Source of the DNA: Botryllus schlosseri
Taxonomy: Eukaryota
Length of the DNA: 64,000 nt
NCBI GenBank assembly: GCA_051294905.1
Contig: CM119381.1
Span: forward strand, 21,576,001-21,640,000
Reading direction: 5' to 3'
The notes below the pieces were generated by a model. The model made no database searches. It was not told the DNA's origin and was given only the letters and a program-made list of their open reading frames with translations. The position numbers were made by a program, and so were the translations under genes. This document shows, in pieces, positions 52,101 to 64,000 of this stretch (positions are counted from its first letter, which is position 1; each line of letters opens with the position of its first letter).

Positions 52101-55100
52101 TTGTCACCACCGAGCTCAAGGGTAATGCCGCATGCTTGATTGAATGATTGCTTGATTTTAAAAGCTCTTCCCTATTAGGATTATCAAGTCGTCATTTGCG
52201 GGTATACTCAATCGAAGATATTTTTCTCTGACGACATCTACATTGTATTCTTAACTGACTCGTCTATCGGTGGTTCTGGATTTTCATTGAACCACTCTGT
52301 AGTTGGTAAGACGACATTTTCATTTTTGAGACTCGGGCGTCTTTGAAACGATGTACACAAGGCATGGCGCAATTCTATTTTTCTATAAATATAAAATGGA
52401 AATAATACAGATAGGGTTGCATTTAAAACAAATGGTGTTTTAAAACACTTCGCTTAAAACATGTTTTATATTTAAACAGTGTTTTAAACAAAGGCTTTAA
52501 AAAAATTGTGTTTTTTAAGTTGTAAAATTACGCCATAATTGTGTAAATACTCTCCGAAATACATGTTTTATGAGCCTACGGACAAATAGCACCCGATATA
52601 GTCGACTTATATCGATATGGGATGGTTGGAACCCTCAAAATAGTCGGTTCAACGGCAATATAGTACCTATATTTCGTAAAAGGATCTATATTTACCCTAT
52701 ATTTTCAACTGTATGGCAATCCACTATGAGGTCACAACTGAATATTCCTGACGCCATGGCGTAAAAAAAAAACACTAAAAAATAATAATGAATTTTTTTT
52801 AAACATGGGTCTTGTTTTAAACATGCTTGTTTTAAATTGATTTCTGTTTTAAATGCAACCCTGCCTACACTACCTATTCTAAAACGTACCATACCTAGCG
52901 GTTAATTTCCATGAACCACACGATCTGATATCATAAATTCATGTCAAAGATATACTCAGTATATGGTATCCAGGCTAGACAGCTAGTGCCTAAATTGCGA
53001 AAGTATTCATAATAACGATTGTCATACTATAAAAGCATTTAAATTAGCTAGCACTTCCAAATTGCGAATAATTAAAAATAAGTTAGGGTTAGCTTCGCTT
53101 TGGGAGATAAGTATAACGTGCCAAAAATAAGTAGATTGTTATGAAGATTTTTAATATAAATATTAACAGGCATTGAAAGAGGCTTGAATGAAGCGACACA
53201 ACAACTGGTTTGCTTCTGGTATATTCATGGTGTTTGTCAACTATACAATGGTCATTTGCACTCGCCTTAAAGTCTGCATTTGGATTCCTTATCTGCCAGC
53301 TTGTAGCAATAACCACTTAGGCTTTTGAAAGTCAGCGCTTACGCGAATGACATGGCGTAAACCTAGAGTTTACATCGGTCGGACTCGAACCCGCAATCCA
53401 TTGGTGTTGCAGAGGTGGAATGATTTGTGATTGATTTTGGGTACCGCGGACTAGCTCCAAGAGGTTCATGAAATACCAATGCAAGTCGTGGGATCGAGGC
53501 CAAAAAGTCGACTAATTAAATACAGATTTTCGTCCAATCTGTGAGTTGATCAATCCAGGAAGTAGGTAGCCCGCGAAAGTAGGTTAGGCTTTTGTCTAGT
53601 AATCAACATATTTTTGAATACGTGAATGAGAGCCTTAACTTGTAGGTATATTATAGCCAACCCTATATGCTGAGTAGGCTATACCATATAACGGAAATCT
53701 GTTGTTGATTTCTACACGCATTACGAATTTCCACAAGGTCTAATATATTGGAACACATCCAATACGTGCTTTTCCATTGTTGCAAGTTTCTGAATAGCGA
53801 GACTTTTTTAATCGTCCGCGAATTCGGCGCTGAGAGTGTAATTATTTTTGACACCTTTACGTGGCCGAAACACATCAGAATGTAAGGGGTTTGGCGTTGC
53901 CAGAGAACGAGACAGCACTAAGTGACATTGCGACTAATCAGATACATAGTATATACACATTAGTGATAGACATTACATTGCGCTTAACGTCACTTTCATA
54001 ATTTTGACCATCACATGACAGTACACAAGGTTGGTTAGGATACTCATTCAGAAGTTGTTTCGCGTAACCTTCATTCAAAGTCAACCTTTGTATAGCATTT
54101 GTAATGGACATGTTCAATGTTCATGTTCCCAACGTCTATTTGTTCAAGAACCGCAATAATCGCAGTAATCTTATTTTTACTGCTGTAGATGCACCTACAT
54201 GCGATGGTGTAACACAACAAAACGGCTCTTCTGGTCATATTTCCACGCCGTTATACCCGAATAAATACGCACAAGATATGGACTGTGAATGGCACGTGGA
54301 AACCCCGGAAAACACGGTAAATTAGAATACAGTAACGCAGATTTAAAGAAACAATTCCACAACGACCAAAATTTTTGTAGATTTTTGTTCCGTGAACATT
54401 GTCTTATTCAGGTGATCGCAGTGCGCTTTAATACAAACTTCTCGATTTCGTCCTCCGACTGCTTCGCTGAATATCTCCAAGTATTTGACGGTCCGAACTC
54501 GTCCTTCGTACAGGTGAGCTTGCAAACTATAGTTTAACGAACAAATGACCGGAAACGCATCGGGGGGATGGCGACAAAATAAGTACGCCCTGCCGCACGA
54601 TTGTAAACTCGTCAGACTGAGCGAAACGGAGATGGTTCTGGCTCATTAGTGAAGTTAACTATTTCTGTTTTTGTTGGGGATATCGTAAAGACAGACGCGT
54701 ATCGGATATTAGTGGATTTTACATCTCTCAATCTAAATCCTGGATTACTTTCTCATTATTGGATCCTAGTCAAGTGAAATTCCTAATTTAGAACACGACC
54801 GTATTCCGGTCGGATTTGTCACGTCACAATTCACGATCAGTTGATCTCTATATGAAGTGGTGATGTCCATTGTGCATATGGTTAAAACACGGCCTGAGGA
54901 CGCCAGGTTGATGCCCAAATCCCAAATACCCCAAATTGCAACCCGTTTTAAGTCCGAAAATCTAGTGAAAATCAATAGCGCTGATTAGTCGTGTAGGTTA
55001 GGTATAGGCGGTCAGCTTGAAGCCTGAAACATTCCCCCATGATGAGGCAACACGCGCGATTCCCGTCAGGTGGATCGCCGGAATTTGGAAATTGCCCGCA

Positions 55101-58100
55101 TTCAGAAGTCCAGTGTGAAGTCTATTAGCGCTGTTCTGCATCCATATTTTTCGGCCTAGCAACTCTGCTCTGCTCGCTCTGAAGAATTCATGCACACAGA
55201 TCAGTTGTCAATATGTCACACATGGTGAATATACGTCGTGTCTTTCAGTTTCAACATAACTTTTGTGGCGACCATGCGCCACGGTCATTTGTCACAACTG
55301 AAAATCACCTCTATGTGCGCTTCGTGAGTGCTGACTTTGGCGACGGGAATCTCGGGTTCTCGATAAAATGGGATGCTGAAGGTATAAGGCGATAGGCAAA
55401 TATTCAAAGACACTCGCATCTGGCACGTTTTTCTTTCTAGTGAAATGCGATTCCAACCAGTTCACGTGCTGGGACGGTACCTGCATCGCGGATTCTCTGA
55501 AATGTGACGGCCAAGTAGACTGCCCGGCGGATATTGCGGACGAAGCCTCTTGTAAGTACATTGGCATCTTCGTCTCAGCACAGAAAATCGAATGAAGGCT
55601 ATAGTGTAAATCTCGAATTATGTAAAACAACCATCATATTTACCATAACTACGACTACCTTGAGCTTACAGGGGTAGAAATCCCGTATAATGCATACCCC
55701 AGTTAATTGACAGCTGGACCAACTGCCCTGTATTCGGCGATCTGTAATCGAGCACGAGGTATAGTTACTTCGATTGGTGTAGGGCTTCCGACTGTTACTA
55801 TACTGGCCATTATCTTGGTTGATGCATCAACATTTAATATTTGATTGAACATGAGCAGATATTGCGTAACTTGCATGAGAGCCAGATATGGAACAATTAT
55901 TGCAACCAGCGCGCGAGGTATAAAATCAATGTGCATTGTGTGGGTGTCTACTCATTGGAATATTGCAATCTAGCTTCGCATGAGTGGAGACGGAGAAATT
56001 GTTGAAATATTGTCATGAAACATGAACTGTGAAAGATATCTACGTACATTTTAGGCTATATCACAGGCCACGCATGCAGAATCTAACATCGTCACTATGT
56101 TATAATTCAGAAGTCTCCAATCATATGTTACTATTTTAATAGAAAGCATGCGCAGATAGACAAAATTTGTAAACCTAATATCGTTACAATCATTGATTTA
56201 GGCCTTATTGCGGATTCGGAGCAATGCGGCATTTCAGAGATCATGCCGGAATACAAATGGGTAAGATATTTCGATTTTCCGCCATCGCATTAATTTAGAC
56301 ATCTACTTTTTAATTATACATCTAGTCCAACTGTCCAGTGTCGGAAATTCCATGAAGTTGAAGAGTATGTTGTAGGATATATGCAAACACAACACCTCTT
56401 TCTCGCCAACTGATCCGCGTAAGCCAGTGTTTCTTAATCGGGGTCCGCGAAGCCTCGAAATAGTTGATAACCTAATTTGTATTTTTTTTTAATTCGGGAA
56501 ATCACGAGGCAGTTTTGCTTCATTACTAGTAAAGCTCTAGAGCACACATCAACAAAATGGCCATTTGAGATGAAATATCTTATGCGCAGACTCATTTTAA
56601 TTTCTAAATTGTCAATAGCCTACTGATACAAACATTTTGCTGTTTATAGATGTTTTGTTGGGGATTGTGGAAAAAAGTTGGATGAGAAAGGTCAATTACG
56701 GTGAATTCGAAATGTTTACAAAAATCAATTTTTCCTGTGATTTACATAACCATTTTTCTATAATAACTTCAAGATGAGCTGATAAATATAAATAACCAGG
56801 CTTGACGTTATATGCTCATTAGAAAAAATAGTTTGTCAATTTTGGTGCCATATTTGTTGCGACGATCATACCCAAATTGGTCGTCGAAAGCGTGACGCGT
56901 TGTTATCACATTCGCCGCCACATTTATCAGCGGAAATCGATTTTCGGCATTCGTTCATATCATATCGGAGGCGTGGATTTTCAAGACACGACCACATATT
57001 TCAAGAAATGCAGTTGCAGAATTCGCTTTGAAATAATAAAAGGCAACCCAATTTCTTCATGAATAGTATGATCTTTATTTTCAAGAAAAGTCATTTTATT
57101 CTGTTTATCACAAGCTTACAGTTATCATTTGCACAAAACAGATGACGATGGCACGATAATCGACCTAAATTTGAACTAAAACGTCGTGGGGGTCAGCGGG
57201 GGTCCAAAAGGGGTCCGCGAAGACAAAAAGGTTGAGAACCACTGGTATAAAACGTATAGTGGGCTGTCACTAAGGCTGATCAACACGGAAAGTATACGCG
57301 AAGATGCAATGAGTGCGCCATAAACCCAAAAAAAACTTTTTGACGAGAGTGGGGGGTTAGGGGGCGTTTGATGCCTGTTTGTGGCCCTGGGGGCGTTGCG
57401 TAAAAAAGTTTGAGAAACCCTGCTTTTAACTGAGCTGAAAACTTTGCGGTCGCGATGTATGGGTTGTGTAGGCCTATGCAGCACAGATCATGTCCATTAG
57501 GAGCATACACCTTTGCGATTACGCTGACAAGTTGTCAGGATTGATCCGGCGTTTCTGAATGTTTCGTAGTCGAATGCGAAATTGATCAATGTCGTTCAAT
57601 TAGCGTTTTGTTTTGATCAGGATGCAGGTGGGAGATTGACGATAGCGCGCCGTTCAGATGTATTTCGCATTCTAGGGTAATAGGCTTGATAATGCTACGA
57701 ACGGTACAGTACATGCGGATCATCCGTGCTTTGTAAAAGCAAACTGCGGCAGATATGGCTGATGAACAGCAATCCAGTGATTCAGTGCAGTTGCTGAATT
57801 CAACGTTCATTTTGCGAGGAAAGCGTTACAACATAGTGAGGAAACGATGGGGCGTCCTTTTTTTAGTAAGCAGCCTGTTATTCCTGGATATGTTCAGTTA
57901 TACCTTTTTCTCGTTCATCAACGATTTAACCTCGTTCTACTTCCGTGTCGACCCAGCCATGGTGGACTTGCAAGCGACGATGAATCTGGTTGGTAGGGCA
58001 TTCAGCGTAATGGTGGTCAGCATATTCGGCGAGCTGATGACATTTCGAAATCTGGCAGTTTTGGGAGCCGCTGTGAATACCCTTGCCCCTTTTCTGATCT

Positions 58101-61100
58101 CAATTGGTGTTGCACTGAAAATGTTTGGATTTGTGATTGGTGGTATGTTCCTCACCGGAAATTCGACTTCAATATTCATGTCACTGATACAATTATGTGC
58201 CGGCAATTGGTTTCCTCAGAACGAAAGAGGTAGAGCTAACGCGTTTCCATGGGTATCAAGGAGACTGTCTCATTTAACTACTAACATAATTGCAACAAGA
58301 GCAATGGGAGTGTCCTACAATGAAGAGCAACTTCATCAAATTATGGAATCTCGCAACGAAACGAATGTCATCGACAAACAATTTCAAGTCGCGTATGCGT
58401 CCGTGTTCGGTTCGATTAGCTCCTTTTCACTTTTGTGCACTGTGCTTTCGCTGATTTATTTATCCGATAAACCCCCACTAGCTGATGTAATCGTACCATC
58501 TGACGATAAGAAATCATCATTTAATGAGGATGACCCCATTCTAGGAGAGCCGCGGTCGTCGTTCAACTTGAAAAGAGAACTAGGCGAAATCAAAAATCTA
58601 CTTGGGCATTCACCATTCCTTATGATCACTTGCGTGTATACTTTCGCGATGGTTGAGAGGCCTTTAGGGACCGTTCTAATATCATCCTTCATGTTGAAGG
58701 AATTCCCAAAGTTGAACGATCAGTTCGTCGGCATAATGGTCAGTATTGGAATCGTGCTAGCTACAATATGCTCTGGGATAGCGGGAATAATCCTGGATAA
58801 ATTCACGAGGCCAAGATTGACATTTCTTTGCTTTGCCGCAGTAGGTGCTATCTCCCTTGTCTTATTTTCGCTCTGTTTCTATGTTCATTACGTTGTCGGT
58901 GTTTGCGCTGCTTTTCTATCACTGTGGTCTACCAGAGATGGTGTTCTTGTCTGCTGCACGCACCGTTTAACTGGTATCACTGCGAGCTTGTCTAGCTCTA
59001 CCCGTGTCAAGGCCTATGCTATACCCCTAGCAGCGATAGCAATGGCAACAACATTTAGTATATTTTTGATGAGGATTTTGATGCAAAGGTTCAGCTCTGC
59101 AGTAGCAGCGTCGTTTCCGCTGCCCTTTCTGATTATTGCTATGTTATATTTTACATTTTTCGTTGGCCGTATCTTCGTGACGCTAGATGAATTGAACATT
59201 ACACATTGCAAACGAAACAGTATTCCAGTGGGGATAAAAACGTATCAGACTTGCATTTATGCAATTGTTGTCGTTAGAGTTCATGTAGTATGTTGACCTG
59301 TCGCCTAATTATTCATATTACTTCCTAAGATATAGTATTGAACGTAATGTAAATATAGGTATTACCACAAACTCTCCCAGTTCCACCCGCGTGAGGGCCT
59401 GCCGCTTTACCTCTAGCACAGTGGTTCTCAACCGGGGGTCCTCGAACCACTAGGGGTCCGCGCAGCATTTTACGGGGTCCACAAAACCCCCAACTATGCA
59501 AAATGGCTGATAACTTATAGTTTGTATTTCTGAGAAATCACGAAGCACTTTCCTGTCATAACTGCTAAAACTCGCATAAACGGAATGGCCGTCTCAGATG
59601 AAATATTCTACCGCGCAAACTCGTTATAATTGCCAAATCCTCAATAACCTACAGTTAGAGATGTTTTGTTCAAGTTTCAGAAAATGATTGTTTGCAAAAG
59701 CCATTTTCTCCTGTAATATGCATAACCGCTATTCCAGAATAAATTCAAGATGAGCTTCTAACTTTGAACTAAAACAAGGGGCGGGGTCCGTGACGGCCTA
59801 AAAGGAGTCCACGAACACGAAAAGGTTGAGAACCACAGGAGTTAGCGGTGTCTTACAAAAGCCCTGAACTGGGTCGTGCTACAACCTACAGGTCGGCAGT
59901 TACGGAATCACCATGAAGAATATCGGCCTGGTGTAAATGACCATTGCAGCCGTAAAACACCAACAACAACAACCTTGTAGCCTATATGTATAGTCAGTCA
60001 GCATCTGCCAATCATCTACCCGTCACGCTGTGCACATAAACACCTATTTGAACTCAGCGCGGAAGTCTCTTTCATAGCCTCGTGAAAGCCACTGCATTGT
60101 ATTATCGGGTTATATTTAACTTATAGTCGAATCGCGATTCGCTTACCCTACATCCGAAAGAATTTCCTGTTAGTTGGGTGGATTGACAGAGATTATTCAC
60201 GGTGACATTGCCGATTTACTCTGCGAATGAATGCCCGTGAAGAGGCGGGCATCGATATCAATTCTGTATTGAAATAAAATTACCGATCACGATCGCCTGG
60301 TCACCTGTCAAGTGGTTATGGAGTTTTATGCCAACAAAATCGGAACATCGATGTAAAATAAGATCAACTGTATGCATTCGACAGTGGGAATTCGTCGAGA
60401 TTTGGCAACGATTGGTTATTGATAAATGAGGTATAGCGAAGGATTAGGCAGTGCACATTGGTACCATTATAAGTGATTTGTGTATTACTGCAGGTATCAA
60501 CCAGTGATACTACTGACAAAATATAAAAATGGTAAGGGTTGCTTTTGCAGATTTCCCCTCAACGTGGCGGTCGAGTCCAATCAACGGTACTTCTGGTACA
60601 AAATCTGGCTTTCCCAGCCACACGGAGGTAGAAAAACTGTAAATCATTTAAATACACCTTTACGCATGGCGCCACATGTCAAGGTGCTTAGTTCCCCCGT
60701 GTAAATGTACACCCGACATCTTCTCTGATCGCTAACAAGGGTTATAGGTGTGGTCAAGTTGAAGCAATAGTGATTGTGTAGGATTCAGTGTCGGGATAAC
60801 TCGAGTCATGACTTGACTCGAGTCACTTTGCTAAAATGACGTGACTTGACTTGACTTGACTCGGCGTATCAGAAATGTGGTCTGACTCGTGACTCGGAGC
60901 AAAATTCACGAGTCAATTTCAAGTCATCAATTAATCGGTGTCGATGTAAATCACCGTATCTTGCAGATGTTCGGATTGTTCGCGAAACGCTGGTGTAACC
61001 CGTGAGAGCGACCAATCATTCAATAATCGTGCGTTTTACTGAGCCTCAATTGTTCTCTCACAAATAATTTGACCACAAAGGAAGTGATCGAAGTTTACAG

Positions 61101-63326
61101 CTTACGTTGTCGTAAACTAGTAGTAAAGTAATATAATAGAAAATTATCTACCTTAACCAAACCTCTTGTTTTATTGATTTTGAATTCGAATATAGTTTAT
61201 ATACTCCTCAACCATTGGCGCAGGCTCGAACTGTATCACATCAATATGAAAATGGGTAAAGGGTATAATGTATTGCATCTTATTAATTCGTTTCTCCGTT
61301 CTCTATTTTGGTTGGTAACAAAAACTGACGCTACCTATATGCGAGCGATACAGCGCCTTCTTGGGTGTATATTCATGTCTATATTCGTTCATCGGTTCAA
61401 AATCAATGACCACTCAATCTGTATTTCAGACAGCTATAGCAAAATGTAATGATGTAATCATGCCTCATACTACGGAAAGGCAACCTGACTTTAATTTTGA
61501 CTTGACTTGACTTGACTTGACTTGACTTGACTTGACTTGACTTGACTTGACTTGACTTGACTTGACTTGACTTGACTTGACTTGACTTGACTTGACTTGA
61601 CTTGACTTGACTTGACTTGACTTGACTTGACTTGACTCGACTTGACTCGAGTCACTTCCAAAAATCGAGTGACTTGACTTGACTCGAGTCACCTCCAAAA
61701 ATCGAGTGACTTGACTTGACTCGAGTCAAAATGTGCAATGAATCGAAATGATTCGTGACTCCAAGGTCGTGAGTTGATCCCAACACTGGTAGGATTTTAA
61801 CCAAGTACAACTGGAAGATACGCAGAACGGTCCAAAACTACTTCAAGATAAAACGAGGTCGTATTCCGTGGCGAGAATCTAGCAACTTACGGTTGGGCAT
61901 TGGTGGAAGATAGGTGTACTCACCATCAGGGCCGTAACTGTAGCACCCCAAACCTCCTAATTATGGGGCCAAGCTCGAAGGGGTCACAAAATTACTTCGT
62001 AAATCAACATAAATTATAGTGAAGTTTTTTAGTGACACGCACCTTTAAAGTTTCTTCGGGAATGGCGCGATTCATATTCACTATACATCTTGATTTTGAT
62101 TTAATTTATTGGCATGTTGGTCAAAACCTTCGATATATGTGCCCAAGTATCCACTATCAATAGGCCTGATTAACCTGCGACGAATAGTGCTCTCATAACC
62201 ATCTGAGCCCCACAATACAAAGGCCACCTTGGGAACCCAAAGAGAAAGATGATGCGTCCCGTGAATAAATTACAATTTGTGTGTGCTTCTCAGGAAAGAA
62301 ATATGTCTATTCATTTAGTTTAGTCTGGTACGATTTTTGACGATCCCAATATCCTGTGACCATATGGCGGAGTGGGGCAGGAAATAACAACATGCAAGAA
62401 AGTATTAGTAACAAATGGCCCGACCGGAAATGTTATAATTATTAGATACGTGCCCCAAATTTTCTAACACACCACCTCCTTCCTCTACAGGTATATCTGA
62501 TCACGTGGGCAGAGAGGGTTCAAAATAATTAGTAATAATATACGAGATCTTTTCGCGGTTTGCGCGACTACACAAAAAATACACACCGACACAACCGGGC
62601 CAACAGCGGTAAAACAGCCGGTTTTAAAATGGGGTGAGGGTGAGGTAGCCTACAGCTTAATTTGCCATACTCATTGTTTTTGCCTAACAATACGCAGTGA
62701 AACAATGCGCTATCGTCTTCACAAACCGTCCATATAGCGTGCTTCGTAAAGTTGCGACGTCCAAGAGTGCAGAGCATATACCTTACGTTACTGGTGAATC
62801 TGTTGTTGTCAATCCATACCTAACCTTCAACTGTAGATATTTAGTAGCTTATTTGTAGCCTGCGTGTGAAGAGTGATAATGTGATATGATAAGAAAAAAG
62901 TCACCAATTGATCCAGCTACCCTTTTGGGTTTTTAAATCTGAATCTTTATGGGTCAGTGCCTCACTAACCATAAATCTCTCTGCGCGCTACTGTGGGTCA
63001 CTGGCACATTTACAGTATGATTGAAGGTTTGGAATCCGGCTCAGCAGTGGACACTACCTCGCTCACTTTTTGCCAAAACCTCTCCATCTCCCTCGGAAAA
63101 TCGGATAACACCGGCTAAATCGTTAAAAGGATGATGTGCCCCCCTTTATTTTACTTTCATTCATTTAGCATTCGCGTATCATTGGGGGGTATGACGCTGT
63201 GAAGGGATCCTGGCCGTGGCAGGGACTATTTGGCGTAATATATCGTGGAGAAGAGACCGATATTTGTGGAGCTGTATTGATTTATGACCGATGGGTGTTA
63301 ACGGCGGCACATTGTATATTGACGGG
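49199..63326 (+). CDS. Gene B: tandem paralog of gene A, 5' part (signal peptide, CUB1-3, LDLa1, start of protease 1); continues past the window end
   Basis: Exons have the same lengths and phases as A exons 1-13: 49199-49274, 50139-50260, 50747-50839, 50913-51033, 51811-51944, 52017-52121, 52179-52305, 54189-54316, 54412-54513, 55249-55381, 55441-55551, 56202-56260, 63169-63326. No stops or frameshifts. HSR-IIGG...LTAAHC. Confidence 0.92.
51399..51435. repeat. (TGTGA)n microsatellite
   Basis: Directly visible. Confidence 0.85.
52412..52863. mobile_element. hAT-like MITE (TAGGGTTGCATTTAAAAC termini)
   Basis: 18-bp TIR and TTTAAAAC subterminal repeats; fragment at about 32095; no clear TSD. 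Confidence 0.7.
56425..57244. mobile_element. Charlie-type MITE upstream of the nested MFS gene
   Basis: Inverted full-length relative of 10441-11199. Confidence 0.8.
57755..59296 (+). CDS. Intronless MFS transporter, FLVCR/SLC49-like (513 aa), nested in intron 12 of gene B
   Basis: Only long ORF in the window. It has about 12 hydrophobic segments in two halves with a hydrophilic central loop ([12 protein letters not shown]). N-terminal RKRWGVLFL and [13 protein letters not shown] resemble the SLC49 RRWxxL and WFxxxExxxA motifs; second-half ILDKF matches the MFS motif-A-like position. Family assignment is by recognition only. Confidence 0.82.
   Translation: MADEQQSSDSVQLLNSTFILRGKRYNIVRKRWGVLFLVSSLLFLDMFSYTFFSFINDLTSFYFRVDPAMVDLQATMNLVGRAFSVMVVSIFGELMTFRNLAVLGAAVNTLAPFLISIGVALKMFGFVIGGMFLTGNSTSIFMSLIQLCAGNWFPQNERGRANAFPWVSRRLSHLTTNIIATRAMGVSYNEEQLHQIMESRNETNVIDKQFQVAYASVFGSISSFSLLCTVLSLIYLSDKPPLADVIVPSDDKKSSFNEDDPILGEPRSSFNLKRELGEIKNLLGHSPFLMITCVYTFAMVERPLGTVLISSFMLKEFPKLNDQFVGIMVSIGIVLATICSGIAGIILDKFTRPRLTFLCFAAVGAISLVLFSLCFYVHYVVGVCAAFLSLWSTRDGVLVCCTHRLTGITASLSSSTRVKAYAIPLAAIAMATTFSIFLMRILMQRFSSAVAASFPLPFLIIAMLYFTFFVGRIFVTLDELNITHCKRNSIPVGIKTYQTCIYAIVVVRVHVVC
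59419..59838. mobile_element. Charlie-type MITE downstream of the nested MFS gene
   Basis: TIR CAGTGGTTCTCAACC/GGTTGAGAACCACAG; deleted relative of 10441-11199. Confidence 0.8.
60786..61788. mobile_element. hAT MITE with an expanded (TTGAC)n microsatellite
   Basis: Perfect TSD GTAGGATT; inverted relative of 17482-18374. Confidence 0.9.
61497..61636. repeat. (TTGAC)n microsatellite, about 28 perfect units
   Basis: Directly visible. Confidence 0.97.
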
Positions 63327-64000
63327 GTGAGTGCGATCTGTTTTGAAAAATATTAGGTTTGCTACTGAAAATAGTATTGATCGCAGCACCAGCACTATCA
63401 ATACTGTATCTCCATTAATTAAATCATATATTAGGGAATCCTCCGGAATATTTTGTGGTAGATATCCCTGTTGTCGCAACGCTTCTAACGTATACCTTAC
63501 CATCCCCTTTAGCATCCCCTGGTTATATTGCTAGAACTCTGTTATACTTTTATTTCATGGGATATCCTGAGAAATTAGACTCTTGACTTAGACTTGTCTT
63601 GAGCCGTTGAGCGTATATTATACACGCGTTTACGTGAGTGATGTACCAAATGTACCGTGCGGTGTAGACCGAGGTCCGAAACCCATGTAATCGGACGGGG
63701 TGTATAGATTCCACACATTCCAAGATAAAAATGTAGGCTACTTGTGTTTACTTTGGGCTGACACGCCAGAGATAGCATGAATATAGTCCCTCTAGGATTG
63801 TGTATGTAGCAGTAGCATACGTGTTGATGATGTTAAAGGTAGACTATCCGTTCAGATCACAGGCTTAAATATACAACGCTTGCGTTGTTTCACTCAAGTG
63901 ATGCTGGTAGCAATGTTGGTGGCATTACTATAGTTGATAACGTGGATATTGTGTATGTGGATATATATATAAAAAAAAAAGGCTGTATTGATTTTGTGGT

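Noticed and set aside
56202-57800. Spliced fusion of gene B exon 12 to the MFS ORF through in-frame CAG sites near the MFS start
   Set aside because: These acceptors have weak pyrimidine tracts, and a luminal ectodomain conflicts with the normally cytosolic MFS N-terminus. No evidence without RNA data.
56425-59838. MFS gene mobilised as one composite hAT unit between the two flanking MITEs
   Set aside because: The outer ends do not share an 8-bp TSD (GCGTAAGC versus GAGTTAGC) and each MITE has its own pair of TIRs, so this is not supported as a single transposition event.
61465-61698. SQVKS-repeat protein ORF
   Set aside because: It is a translation of the (TTGAC)n microsatellite.
29-63778. 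Most of the 60-190 aa ORFs in the six-frame track
   Set aside because: They are read-throughs of exon/intron borders, antisense shadows or repeat translations. Only 57755-59296, the hAT remnant at 45238 and fragments overlapping true exons are meaningful.

Overview
Eukaryotic, AT-rich, intron-containing animal DNA. The small minimal introns and dense hAT MITE load resemble an ascidian or other marine invertebrate, but the taxon cannot be proven from this window. The six-frame ORF track misses the main content because it is spliced. Reading splice sites by hand gives a complete 42-exon + strand gene (A: ATG 3970 to TGA 41902, 4851 nt CDS, about 1616 aa). Its architecture is signal peptide - CUB-CUB-CUB-LDLa-protease1 - CUB-LDLa-protease2 - CUB-LDLa-protease3(catalytically dead) - Ser/Thr stalk - GPI-type tail. 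A tandem paralog (B) starts at 49199, and its exons 1-13 lie inside the window. Intron 12 of B, but not of A, holds an intact intronless same-strand MFS transporter ORF (FLVCR/SLC49-like, 57755-59296). Upstream of A are Penelope-type minimal hammerhead ribozyme motifs: two in a 228-bp palindromic insertion with a 12-bp TSD, and one in an A-specific insert about 125 nt before the ATG. Introns and the intergenic region carry many non-autonomous hAT elements with 8-bp TSDs, often nested. All calls come from manual reading; no database searches were run.
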